A DNA stretch of 64,000 nt, taken from positions 2,232,001-2,296,000 of the forward strand of contig OZ059897.1 in NCBI GenBank assembly GCA_964057225.1, read 5' to 3'. The notes below the pieces were generated by a model. That model was given only the letters and a program-made list of their open reading frames with translations, ran no database searches and was not told the DNA's origin. Of the stretch, positions 40,747 through 55,144 are shown piece by piece (the first letter of the stretch is position 1; each line of letters starts with the position of its first letter). The translations under genes and the position numbers were made by a program. The DNA is from Auanema rhodensis. Taxonomy: Eukaryota > Animalia > Nematoda.

Positions 40747-43700
40747 ATGTACCGAGATATCAACTGATATAGGTTCACACTTATATCCTCGATTTTCACC
40801 CTGAAGAAATGATTTTTTCGTTGAAAAACATTGTCCATCGTCTTCGTCATGAAAAAAGGAATGTAAAAACATATACTTTTTGTGAAATTATTCAGAAAAT
40901 TTTCGGGAAAATTTTTGTCAAAATGTTTTTGGAAGCAATGTTGAGTGTACATGGGAACTCAGCATACACTAATGCATTATTTTTCAAACGATAATAACTA
41001 ATTTTTGTATAGAGCGTTTTTTAATGTAGTAAAGTGCATTCGATGCGGATTTTTAAGCTGTGTCGATCTGTGTTATCAGATTTGAGTTAGCTTAAAAATG
41101 CACCGAGATATCAACTGATATATGTTCACACTTATATCCTCGATTTTCACCCTGAAGAAATGATTTTTTCGTTGAAAAAACATTGTCCATCGTCTTTGCC
41201 TTGAAAAAAGGAATCTAAAAACATCTACTTTTTGTGAAATTATTCAGAAATTTTTCGGGAAAATTTTTGTCAAAATGTTTTTGGAAGCAATGTTGAGTGT
41301 ACATGGGAACTCAACATACACTAATGCATTATTTTTCAAACGATCATAACTTATTCTTGTATAGAGCGTTTCTCAATGTAGTATAGTGCATTCGATGCGG
41401 ATTTTTAAGCTGCGTCGATCTGTGTTATCAGATTTGAGTTAACTTAAAAATGCACCGAGATATCAACTGATATAGGTTCACACTTATATCCTCGATTTTC
41501 ACCCTGAAGAATTTATTTTTTCGTTGAATAACATTGTCCATCGTCTTCGCCTTGAAAGAAGGAATCTAAAAACATCTACTTTTTGTGAAATTATTCAGAA
41601 ATTTTTCGGGAAAATTTTTGTCAAAATGTTTTTGGAAGCAATGTTGAGTGTACATGGGAACTCAACATACACTAATGCATTATTTTTCAAACGATCATAA
41701 CTTATTTTTGTATAGAGCGTTTCTCAATGTAGTATAGTGCATTCGATGCGGATTTTTAAGCTGCGTCGATCTGTGTTATCAGATTTGAGTTAACTTAAAA
41801 ATGCACCGAGATATCAACTGATATAGGTTCACACTTATATCCTCGATTTTCACCCTGAAGAAATGATTTTTTCGTTGAAAAACATTGTCCATCGTCTTCG
41901 TCATGAAAAAAGGAATCTAAAAACATATACTTTTTGTGAAATTATTCAGAAAATTTTCGGGAAAATTTTTGTCAAAATGTTTTTGGAAGCAATGTTGAGT
42001 GTACATGGAAACTCAACATACACTAATGCATTATTTTTCAAACGATCATAACTTATTTTTGTATAGAGCGTTTCTCAATGTAGTATAGTGCATTCGATGC
42101 GGATTTTTAAGCTGCGTCGATCTGTGTTATCAGATTTGAGTTAACTTAAAAATGCACCGAGATATCAACTGATATAGGTTCACACTTATATCCTCGATTT
42201 TCACCCTGAAGAATTTATTTTTTCGTTGAATAACATTGTCCATCGTCTTCGCCTTGGAAGAAGGAATCTAAAAACATCTACTTTTTGTGAAATTATTCAG
42301 AAATTTTTCGGGAAAATTTTTGTCAAAATGTTTTTGGAAGCAATGTTGAGTGTACATGGGAACTCAACATACACTAATGCATTATTTTTCAAACGATCAT
42401 AACTTATTTTTGTATTGAGCGTTTTTCAATGTAGTATAATGCATCCGATGCGGATTTTTAAGCTGCGTCGATCTGTGTTATCAGATTTGCGCTAGCTTAA
42501 AAATTCACCGAGATATCAACTGATATAAGTTCACACTTAAATCCTCGATTTTCACCCTGAAGAAATGATTTTTTCGTTGAATAACATTGTCCATCGTCTT
42601 CGCCTTGAAAGAAGGAATCTAAAAACATCTACTTTTTGTGAAATTATTCAGAAATTTTTCGGGAAAATTTTTGTCAAAATGTTTTTGGAAGCAATGTTGA
42701 GTGTACATGGGAACTCAACATACACTAATGCATTATTTTTCAAACGATCATAACTTATTTTTGTATAGAGCGTTTCTCAATGTAGTATAGTGCATTCGAT
42801 GCGGATTTTTAAGCTGCGTCGATCTGTGTTATCAGATTTGAGTTAGCTTAAAAATGCACCGAGATATCAACTGATATATGTTCACACTTATATCCTCGAT
42901 TTTCACCCTGAAGAAATGATTTTTTCGTTGAAAAAACATTGTCCATCGTCTTTGCCTTGAAAAAAGGAATCTAAAAACATCTACTTTTTGTGAAATTATT
43001 TAGAAATTTTTCGGGAAAATTTTTGTCAAAATGTTTTTGGAAGCAATGTTGAGTGTACATGGGAACTCAACATACACTAATGCATTATTTTTCAAACGAT
43101 CATAACTAATTTTTGTAAATAGCGTTTCTCAAGGTAGTATAGTGCATTCGATGCGGATTTTTAAGCTGCGTCGATCTGTGTTATCAGATTTGAGCTAGCT
43201 TAAAAATGCACCGAGATATCAACTGATATATGTTCACACTTATATCCTCGATTTTCACCCTGAAGAAATGATTTTTTGGTTGAAAAACATTGTCCATCGT
43301 CTTTGTCTTGAAAAAAGGAATCTAAAAACATCTACTTTTTGTGAAATTATTCAGAAATTTTTCGGGAAAATTTTTGTCAAAATGTTTTTGGAAGCAATGT
43401 TGGGTGTACATGGGAACTCAACATACACTAATGCATTATTTTTCAAACGATCATAACTAATTTTTGTATAAAGCGTTTCTTAATGTAGTATAGTGCATTC
43501 GATGCGGATTTTTAAGCTGCGTCGATCTGTGTTATCAGATTTGAGTTAGCTTGAAAATGTACCGAGATATCAACTGATATATGTTCACACTTATATCCTC
43601 GATTTTCACCCTGAAGAATTTATTTTTTCGTTGAATAACATTGTCCATCGTCTTCGCCTTGAAAGAAGGAATCTAAAAACATCTACTTTTTGTGAAATTA

Positions 43701-46700
43701 TTCAGAAATTTTTCGGGAAAATTTTTGTCAAAATGTTTTTGGAAGCAATGTTGAGTGTACATGGGAACTCAGCATACACTAATGCATTATTTTTCAAACG
43801 ATAATAACTAATTTTTGTATAGAGCGTTTCTTAATGTAGTATAGTGCATTCGATGCGGATTTTTAAGTTGCGTTGATCTGTGTTATCAGATTTGAGTTAG
43901 CTTAAAAATGCACCGAGATATCAACTGATATATGTTCACACTTATATCCTCGATTTTCACCCTGAAGAAATGATTTTTTCGTTGAATAACATTGTCCATC
44001 ATCTTCGTCTTGAAAAAAGGAATCTAAAAACATCTACTTTTTGTGAAATTATTTAGAAATTTTTCGGGAAAATTTTTGTCAAAATGTTTTTGGAAGCAAT
44101 GTTGAGTGTACATGGGAACTCAACATACACTAATGCATTATTTTTCAAACGATCATAACTAATTTTTGTAAATAGCGTTTCTCGATGTAGTATAGTGCAT
44201 TCGATGCGGATTTTTAAGCTGCGTTGATCTGTGTTATCAGATTTGAGTTAACTTAAAAATGCACCGAGATATCAACTGATATAGGTTCACACTTATATCC
44301 TCGATTTTCACCCTGAAGAAATGATTTTTTCGTTGAAAAACATTGTCCATCGTCTTCGTCATGAAAAAAGGAATCTAAAAACATCTACTTTTTGTGAAAT
44401 TATTCAGAAAATTTTCGGGAAAATTTTTGTCAAAATGTTTTTGGAAGCAATGTTGAGTGTACATGGGAACTCAACATACACTAATGCATTATTTTTCAAA
44501 CGATCATAACTAATTTTTGTAAATAGCGTTTCTCAAGGTAGTATAGTGCATTCGATGCGGATTTTTAAGCTGCGTCGATCTGTGTTATCAGATTTGAGCT
44601 AGCTTAAAAATGCACCGCGATATCAACTGATATATGTTCACACTTATATCCTCGATTTTCACCCTGAAGAAATGATTTTTTGGTTGAAAAACATTGTCCA
44701 TCGTCTTCGTCTTGAAAAAAGGAATCTAAAAACATCTACTTTTTGTGAAATTATTTAGAAATTTTTCGGGAAAATTGTTGTCAAAATGTTTTTGGAAGCA
44801 ATGTTGAGTGTACATGGGAACTCAACATACACTAATGCATTATTTTTCAAACGATCATAACTAATTTTTGTATAAAGCATTTCTTAATGTAGTATAGTGC
44901 ATTCGATGCGGATTTTTAAGCTGCGTCGATCTGTGTTATCCGATTTGAGCTAGCTTGAAAATGTACCGAGATATCAACTGATATAGGTTCACACTTATAT
45001 CCTCGATTTTCACCCTGAAGAAATGATTTTTTCGTTGAAAAACATTGTCCATCGTCTTCGTCATGAAAAAAGGAATCTAAAAACATATACTTTTTGTGAA
45101 ATTATTCAGAAAATTTTCGGGAAAATTTTTGTCAAAATGTTTTTGGAAGCAATGTTGAGTGTACATGGGAACTCAGCATACACTAATGCATTATTTTTCA
45201 AACGATAATAACTAATTTTTGTATAGAGCGTTTTTTAATGTAGTAAAGTGCATTCGATGCGGATTTTTAAGCTGTGTCGATCTGTGTTATCAGATTTGAG
45301 TTAGCTTAAAAATGCACCGAGATATCAACTGATATATGTTCACACTTATATCCTCGATTTTCACCCTGAAGAAATGATTTTTTCGTTGAAAAAACATTGT
45401 CCATCGTCTTTGCCTTGAAAAAAGGAATCTAAAAACATCTACTTTTTGTGAAATTATTCAGAAATTTTTCGGGAAAATTTTTGTCAAAATGTTTTTGGAA
45501 GCAATGTTGAGTGTACATGGGAACTCAACATACACTAATGCATTATTTTTCAAACGATCATAACTTATTTTTGTATAGAGCGTTTCTCAATGTAGTATAG
45601 TGCATTCGATGCGGATTTTTAAGCTGCGTCGATCTGTGTTATCAGATTTGAGTTAACTTAAAAATGCACCGAGATATCAACTGATATAGGTTCACACTTA
45701 TATCCTCGATTTTCACCCTGAAGAATTTATTTTTTCGTTGAATAACATTGTCCATCGTCTTCGCCTTGAAAGAAGGAATCTAAAAACATCTACTTTTTGT
45801 GAAATTATTCAGAAATTTTTCGGGAAAATTTTTGTCAAAATGTTTTTGGAAGCAATGTTGAGTGTACATGGGAACTCAACATACACTAATGCATTATTTT
45901 TCAAACGATCATAACTTATTTTTGTATAGAGCGTTTCTCAATGTAGTATAGTGCATTCGATGCGGATTTTTAAGCTGCGTCGATCTGTGTTATCAGATTT
46001 GAGTTAACTTAAAAATGCACCGAGATATCAACTGATATAGGTTCACACTTATATCCTCGATTTTCACCCTGAAGAAATGATTTTTTCGTTGAAAAACATT
46101 GTCCATCGTCTTCGTCATGAAAAAAGGAATCTAAAAACATATACTTTTTGTGAAATTATTCAGAAAATTTTCGGGAAAATTTTTGTCAAAATGTTTTTGG
46201 AAGCAATGTTGAGTGTACATGGGAACTCAACATACACTAATGCATTATTTTTCAAACGATCATAACTTATTTTTGTATAGAGCGTTTCTCAATGTAGTAT
46301 AGTGCATTCGATGCGGATTTTTAAGCTGCGTCGATCTGTGTTATCAGATTTGAGTTAACTTAAAAATGCACCGAGATATCAACTGATATAGGTTCACACT
46401 TATATCCTCGATTTTCACCCTGAAGAATTTATTTTTTCGTTGAATAACATTGTCCATCGTCTTCGCCTTGGAAGAAGGAATCTAAAAACATCTACTTTTT
46501 GTGAAATTATTCAGAAATTTTTCGGGAAAATTTTTGTCAAAATGTTTTTGGAAGCAATGTTGAGTGTACATGGGAACTCAACATACACTAATGCATTATT
46601 TTTCAAACGATCATAACTTATTTTTGTATAGAGCGTTTCTCAATGTAGTATAGTGCATTCGATGCGGATTTTTAAGCTGCGTCGATCTGTGTTATCAGAT

Positions 46701-49700
46701 TTGAGTTAACTTAAAAATGCACCGAGATATCAACTGATATAGGTTCACACTTATATCCTCGATTTTCACCCTGAAGAAATGATTTTTTCGTTGAAAAACA
46801 TTGTCCATCGTCTTCGTCATGAAAAAAGGAATCTAAAAACATATACTTTTTGTGAAATTATTCAGAAAATTTTCGGGAAAATTTTTGTCAAAATGTTTTT
46901 GGAAGCAATGTTGAGTGTACATGGGAACTCAACATACACTAATGCATTATTTTTCAAACGATCATAACTTATTTTTGTATAGAGCGTTTCTCAATGTAGT
47001 ATAGTGCATTCGATGCGGATTTTTAAGCTGCGTCGATCTGTGTTATCAGATTTGAGTTAGCTTAAAAATGCACCGAGATATCAACAGATATATGTTCACA
47101 CTTATATCCTCGATTTTCACCCTGAAGAATTTATTTTTTCGTTGAATAACATTGTCCATCGTCTTCGCCTTGAAAGAAGGAATCTAAAAACATCTACTTT
47201 TTGTGAAATTATTCAGAAATTTTTCGGGAAAATTTTTGTCAAAATGTTTTTGGAAGCAATGTTGAGTGTACATGGGAACTCAACATACACTAATGCATTA
47301 TTTTTCAAACGATCATAACTTATTTTTGTATAGAGCGTTTCTCAATGTAGTATAGTGCATTCGATGCGGATTTTTAAGCTGCGTCGATCTGTGTTATCCG
47401 ATTTGAGCTAGCTTGAAAATGTACCGAGATATCAACTGATATATGTTCACACATATCCTCGATTTTCACCCTGAAGAATTTATTTTTTCGTTGAATAACA
47501 TTGTCCATCGTCTTCGCCTTGAAAGAAGGAATCTAAAAACATCTACTTTTTGTGAAATTATTCAGAAATTTTTCGGGAAAATTTTTGTCAAAATGTTTTT
47601 GGAAGCAATGTTGAGTGTACATGGGAACTCAACATACACTAATGCATTATTTTTCAAACGATCATAACTTATTTTTGTATAGAGCGTTTCTCAATGTAGT
47701 ATAGTGCATTCGATGCGGATTTTTAAGCTGCGTCGATCTGTGTTATCAGATTTGAGTTAGCTTAAAAATGCACCGAGATATCAACTGATATATGTTCACA
47801 CTTATATCCTCGATTTTCACCCTGAAGAAATGATTTTTTCGTTGAAAAAACATTGTCCATCGTCTTTGCCTTGAAAAAAGGAATCTAAAAACATCTACTT
47901 TTTGTGAAATTATTTAGAAATTTTTCGGGAAAATTTTTGTCAAAATGTTTTTGGAAGCAATGTTGAGTGTACATGGGAACTCAACATACACTAATGCATT
48001 ATTTTTCAAACGATCATAACTAATTTTTGTAAATAGCGTTTCTCAAGGTAGTATAGTGCATTCGATGCGGATTTTTAAGCTGCGTCGATCTGTGTTATCA
48101 GATTTGAGCTAGCTTAAAAATGCACCGAGATATCAACTGATATATGTTCACACTTATATCCTCGATTTTCACCCTGAAGAAATGATTTTTTGGTTGAAAA
48201 ACATTGTCCATCGTCTTCGTCTTGAAAAAAGGAATCTAAAAACATCTACTTTTTGTGAAATTATTTAGAAATTTTTCGGGAAAATTTTTGTCAAAATGTT
48301 TTTGGAAGCAATGTTGGGTGTACATGGGAACTCAACATACACTAATGCATTATTTTTCAAACGATAATAACTAATTTTTGTATAGAGCGTTTCTTAATGT
48401 AGTAAAGTGCATTCGATGCGGATTTTTAAGCTGCGTCGATCTGTGTTATCAGATTTGAGTTAGCTTGAAAATGTACCGAGATATCAACTGATATATGTTC
48501 ACACTTATATCCTCGATTTTCACCCTGAAGAATTTATTTTTTCGTTGAATAACATTGTCCATCGTCTTCGCCTTGAAAGAAGGAATCTAAAAACATCTAC
48601 TTTTTGTGAAATTATTCAGAAATTTTTCGGGAAAATTTTTGTCAAAATGTTTTTGGAAGCAATGTTGGGTGTACATGGGAACTCAACATACACTAATGCA
48701 TTATTTTTCAAACGATAATAACTAATTTTTGTATAGAGCGTTTCTTAATGTAGTAAAGTGCATTCGATGCGGATTTTTAAGCTGCGTCGATCTGTGTTAT
48801 CAGATTTGAGTTAGCTTGAAAATGTACCGAGATATCAACTGATATATGTTCACACTTATATCCTCGATTTTCACCCTGAAGAATTTATTTTTTCGTTGAA
48901 TAACATTGTCCATCGTCTTCGCCTTGAAAGAAGGAATCTAAAAACATCTACTTTTTGTGAAATTATTCAGAAATTTTTCGGGAAAATTTTTGTCAAAATG
49001 TTTTTGGAAGCAATGTTGAGTGTACATGGGAACTCAGCATACACTAATGCATTATTTTTCAAACGATAATAACTAATTTTTGTATAGAGCGTTTCTTAAT
49101 GTAGTATAGTGCATTCGATGCGGATTTTTAAGTTGCGTTGATCTGTGTTATCAGATTTGAGTTAACTTAAAAATGCACCGAGATATCAACTGATATAGGT
49201 TCACACTTATATCCTCGATTTTCACCCTGAAGAAATGATTTTTTCGTTGAAAAACATTGTCCATCGTCTTCGTCATGAAAAAAGGAATCTAAAAACATCT
49301 ACTTTTTGTGAAATTATTCAGAAAATTTTCGGGAAAATTTTTGTCAAAATGTTTTTGGAAGCAATGTTGAGTGTACATGGGAACTCAACATACACTAATG
49401 CATTATTTTTCAAACGATCATAACTAATTTTTGTAAATAGCGTTTCTCAAGGTAGTATAGTGCATTCGATGCGGATTTTTAAGCTGCGTCGATCTGTGTT
49501 ATCAGATTTGAGCTAGCTTAAAAATGCACCGCGATATCAACTGATATATGTTCACACTTATATCCTCGATTTTCACCCTGAAGAAATGATTTTTTCGTTG
49601 AAAAACATTGTCCATCGTCTTCGTCATGAAAAAAGGAATCTAAAAACATCTACTTTTTGTGAAATTATTCAGAAATTTTTCGGGAAAATTTTTGTCAAAA

Positions 49701-52700
49701 TGTTTTTGGAAGCAATGTTGAGTGTACATGGGAACTCAACATACACTAATGCATTATTTTTCAAACGATCATAACTAATTTTTGTAAATAGCGTTTCTCA
49801 AGGTAGTATAGTGCATTCGATGCGGATTTTTAAGCTGCGTCGATCTGTGTTATCAGATTTGAGCTAGCTTAAAAATGCACCGCGATATCAACTGATATAT
49901 GTTCACACTTATATCCTCGATTTTCACCCTGAAGAAATGATTTTTTGGTTGAAAAACATTGTCCATCGTCTTCGTCTTGAAAAAAGGAATCTAAAAACAT
50001 CTACTTTTTGTGAAATTATTTAGAAATTTTTCGGGAAAATTTTTGTCAAAATGTTTTTGGAAGCAATGTTGAGTGTACATGGGAACTCAACATACACTAA
50101 TGCATTATTTTTCAAACGATCATAACTAATTTTTGTATAAAGCGTTTCTTAATGTAGTATAGTGCATTCGATGCGGATTTTTAAGCTGCGTCGATCTGTG
50201 TTATCAGATTTGAGTTAGCTTAAAAATGCACCGAGATATCAACTGATATATGTTCACACTTATATCCTCGATTTTCACCCTGAAGAAATGATTTTTTCGT
50301 TGAAAAAACATTGTCCATCGTCTTTGCCTTGAAAAAAGGAATCTAAAAACATCTACTTTTTGTGAAATTATTTAGAAATTTTTCGGGAAAATTTTTGTCA
50401 AAATGTTTTTGGAAGCAATGTTGAGTGTACATGGGAACTCAACATACACTAATGCATTATTTTTCAAACGATCATAACTTATTTTTGTATAGAGCGTTTC
50501 TCAATGTAGTATAGTGCATTCGATGCGGATTTTTAAGCTGCGTCGATCTGTGTTATCCGATTTGAGCTAGCTTGAAAATGTACCGAGATATCAACTGATA
50601 TAGGTTCACACTTATATCCTCGATTTTCACCCTGAAGAAATGATTTTTTCGTTGAAAAACATTGTCCATCGTCTTCGTCATGAAAAAAGGAATCTAAAAA
50701 CATATACTTTTTGTGAAATTATTCAGAAAATTTTCGGGAAAATTTTTGTCAAAATGTTTTTGGAAGCAATGTTGAGTGTACATGGGAACTCAGCATACAC
50801 TAATGCATTATTTTTCAAACGATAATAACTAATTTTTGTATAGAGCGTTTCTTAATGTAGTAAAGTGCATTCGATGCGGATTTTTAAGCTGTGTCGATCT
50901 GTGTTATCAGATTTGAGTTAGCTTAAAAATGCACCGAGATATCAACTGATATATGTTCACACTTATATCCTCGATTTTCACCCTGAAGAAATGATTTTTT
51001 CGTTGAAAAAACATTGTCCATCGTCTTTGCCTTGAAAAAAGGAATCTAAAAACATCTACTTTTTGTGAAATTATTCAGAAATTTTTCGGGAAAATTTTTG
51101 TCAAAATGTTTTTGGAAGCAATGTTGAGTGTACATGGGAACTCAACATACACTAATGCATTATTTTTCAAACGATCATAACTTATTTTTGTATAGAGCGT
51201 TTCTCAATGTAGTATAGTGCATTCGATGCGGATTTTTAAGCTGCGTCGATCTGTGTTATCAGATTTGAGTTAAATTAAAAATGCACCGAGATATCAACTG
51301 ATATAGGTTCACACTTATATCCTCGATTTTCACCCTGAAGAATTTATTTTTTCGTTGAATAACATTGTCCATCGTCTTCGCCTTGAAAGAAGGAATCTAA
51401 AAACATCTACTTTTTGTGAAATTATTCAGAAATTTTTCGGGAAAATTTTTGTCAAAATGTTTTTGGAAGCAATGTTGAGTGTACATGGGAACTCAACATA
51501 CACTAATGCATTATTTTTCAAACGATCATAACTTATTTTTGTATAGAGCGTTTCTCAATGTAGTATAGTGCATTCGATGCGGATTTTTAAGCTGCGTCGA
51601 TCTGTGTTATCAGATTTGAGTTAACTTAAAAATGCACCGAGATATCAACTGATATAGGTTCACACTTATATCCTCGATTTTCACCCTGAAGAAATGATTT
51701 TTTCGTTGAAAAACATTGTCCATCGTCTTCGTCATGAAAAAAGGAATCTAAAAACATATACTTTTTGTGAAATTATTCAGAAAATTTTCGGGAAAATTTT
51801 TGTCAAAATGTTTTTGGAAGCAATGTTGAGTGTACATGGGAACTCAACATACACTAATGCATTATTTTTCAAACGATCATAACTTATTTTTGTATAGAGC
51901 GTTTCTCAATGTAGTATAGTGCATTCGATGCGGATTTTTAAGCTGCGTCGATCTGTGTTATCAGATTTGAGTTAACTTAAAAATGCACCGAGATATCAAC
52001 TGATATAGGTTCACACTTATATCCTCGATTTTCACCCTGAAGAATTTATTTTTTCGTTGAATAACATTGTCCATCGTCTTCGCCTTGGAAGAAGGAATCT
52101 AAAAACATCTACTTTTTGTGAAATTATTCAGAAATTTTTCGGGAAAATTTTTGTCAAAATGTTTTTGGAAGCAATGTTGAGTGTACATGGGAACTCAACA
52201 TACACTAATGCATTATTTTTCAAACGATCATAACTTATTTTTGTATAGAGCGTTTCTCAATGTAGTATAGTGCATTCGATGCGGATTTTTAAGCTGCGTC
52301 GATCTGTGTTATCAGATTTGAGTTAACTAAAAAATGCACCGAGATATCAACTGATATAGGTTCACACTTATATCCTCGATTTTCACCCTGAAGAAATGAT
52401 TTTTTCGTTGAAAAACATTGTCCATCGTCTTCGTCATGAAAAAAGGAATCTAAAAACATATACTTTTTGTGAAATTATTCAGAAAATTTTCGGGAAAATT
52501 TTTGTCAAAATGTTTTTGGAAGCAATGTTGAGTGTACATGGGAACTCAACATACACTAATGCATTATTTTTCAAACGATCATAACTTATTTTTGTATAGA
52601 GCGTTTCTCAATGTAGTATAGTGCATTCGATGCGGATTTTTAAGCTGCGTCGATCTGTGTTATCAGATTTGAGTTAGCTTAAAAATGCACCGAGATATCA

Positions 52701-55144
52701 ACTGATATAGGTTCACACTTATATCCTCGATTTTCACCCTGAAGAAATGATTTTTTCGTTGAAAAACATTGTCCATCGTCTTCGTCATGAAAAAAGGAAT
52801 CTAAAAACATCTACTTTTTGTGAAATTATTCAGAAAATTTTCGGGAAAATTTTTGTCAAAATGTTTTTGGAAGCAATGTTGAGTGTACATGGGAACTCAA
52901 CATACACTAATGCATTATTTTTCAAACGATCATAACTAATTTTTGTAAATAGCGTTTCTCAAGGTAGTATAGTGCATTCGATGCGGATTTTTAAGCTGCA
53001 TCGATCTGTGTTATCAGATTTGAGCTAGCTTAAAAATGCACCGAGATATCAACAGATATATGTTCACACTTATATCCTCGATTTTCACCCTGAAGAAATG
53101 ATTTTTTTGTTGAAAAAACATTGTCCATCGTCTTTGCCTTGAAAAAAGGAATCTAAAAACATCTACTTTTTGTGAAATTATTTAGAAATTTTTCGGGAAA
53201 ATTTTTGTCAAAATGTTTTTGGAAGCAATGTTGAGTGTACATGGGAACTCAACATACACTAATGCATTATTTTTCAAACGATAATAACTAATTTTTGTAT
53301 AGAGCGTTTCTTAATGTAGTAAAGTGCATTCGATGCGGATTTTTAAGCTGCGTCGATCTGTGTTATCAGATTTGAGTTAGCTTAAAAATGCACCGAGATA
53401 TCAACTGATATATGTTCACACTTATATCCTCGATTTTCACCCTGAAGAAATGATTTTTTCGTTGATAAAACATTGTCCATCGTCTTTGCCTTGAAAAAAG
53501 GAATCTAAAAACATCTACTTTTTGTGAAATTATTTAGAAATTTTTCGGGAAAATTTTTGTCAAAATGTTTTTGGAAGCAATGTTGAGTGTACATGGGAAC
53601 TCAACATACACTAATGCATTATTTTTCAAACGATAATAACTAATTTTTGTATAGAGCGTTTCTTAATGTAGTAAAGTGCATTCGATGCGGATTTTTAAGC
53701 TGCGTCGATCTGTGTTATCAGATTTGAGTTAGCTTAAAAATGCACCGAGATATCAACAGATATATGTTCACACTTATATCCTCGATTTTCACCCTGAAGA
53801 AATGATTTTTTCGTTGAAAAAACATTGTCCATCGTCTTTGCCTTGAAAAAAGGAATCTAAAAACATCTACTTTTTGTGAAATTATTTAGAAATTTTTCGG
53901 GAAAATTTTTGTCAAAATGTTTTTGGAAGCAATGTTGAGTGTACATGGGAACTCAACATACACTAATGCATTATTTTTCAAACGATCATAACTTATTTTT
54001 GTATAGAGCGTTTCTCAATGTAGTATAGTGCATTCGATGCGGATTTTTAAGCTGCGTCGATCTGTGTTATCAGATTTGAGTTAACTTAAAAATGCACCGA
54101 GATATCAACTGATATAGGTTCACACTTATATCCTCGATTTTCACCCTGAAGAATTTATTTTTTCGTTGAATAACATTGTCCATCGTCTTCGCCTTGAAAG
54201 AAGGAATCTAAAAACATCTACTTTTTGTGAAATTATTCAGAAATTTTTCGGGAAAATTTTTGTCAAAATGTTTTTGGAAGCAATGTTGAGTGTACATGGG
54301 AACTCAACATACACTAATGCATTATTTTTCAAACGATCATAACTTATTTTTGTATAGAGCGTTTCTCAATGTAGTATAGTGCATTCGATGCGGATTTTTA
54401 AGCTGCGTCGATCTGTGTTATCAGATTTGAGTTAACTTAAAAATGCACCGAGATATCAACTGATATAGGTTCACACTTATATCCTCGATTTTCACCCTGA
54501 AGAAATGATTTTTTCGTTGAAAAACATTGTCCATCGTCTTCGTCATGAAAAAAGGAATCTAAAAACATATACTTTTTGTGAAATTATTCAGAAAATTTTC
54601 GGGAAAATTTTTGTCAAAATGTTTTTGGAAGCAATGTTGAGTGTACATGGGAACTCAACATACACTAATGCATTATTTTTCAAACGATCATAACTTATTT
54701 TTGTATAGAGCGTTTTTCAATGTAGTATAGTGCATTCGATGCGGATTTTTAAGCTGCGTCGATCTGTGTTATCAGATTTGAGTTAGCTTAAAAATGCACC
54801 GAGATATCAACTGATATAGGTTCACACTTATATCCTCGATTTTCACCCTGAAGAAATGATTTTTTCGTTGAAAAACATTGTCCATCGTCTTCGTCATGAA
54901 AAAAGGAATCTAAAAACATCTACTTTTTGTGAAATTATTCAGAAAATTTTCGGGAAAATTTTTGTCAAAATGTTTTTGGAAGCAATGTTGAGTGTACATG
55001 GGAACTCAACATACACTAATGCATTATTTTTCAAACGATCATAACTAATTTTTGTAAATAGCGTTTCTCAAGGTAGTATAGTGCATTCGATGCGGATTTT
55101 TAAGCTGCGTCGATCTGTGTTATCAGATTTGAGCTAGCTTAAAA

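Noticed and set aside
47443-47667. Longer 74-aa ORF
   Set aside because: Created by a private 2-bp deletion near 47452 that puts an upstream ATG in frame.
6034-55044. About 45 near-identical 61-62 aa ORFs (MIFSLKNIVHR...) as a tandem gene family
   Set aside because: All occupy monomer position 63 onward. About three quarters of the monomers break the frame by CAG>TAG, a +A frameshift or ATG loss; the variants are largely non-synonymous; the F/K/I/N-rich composition simply reflects A/T tracts; flanks are as conserved as the ORF.
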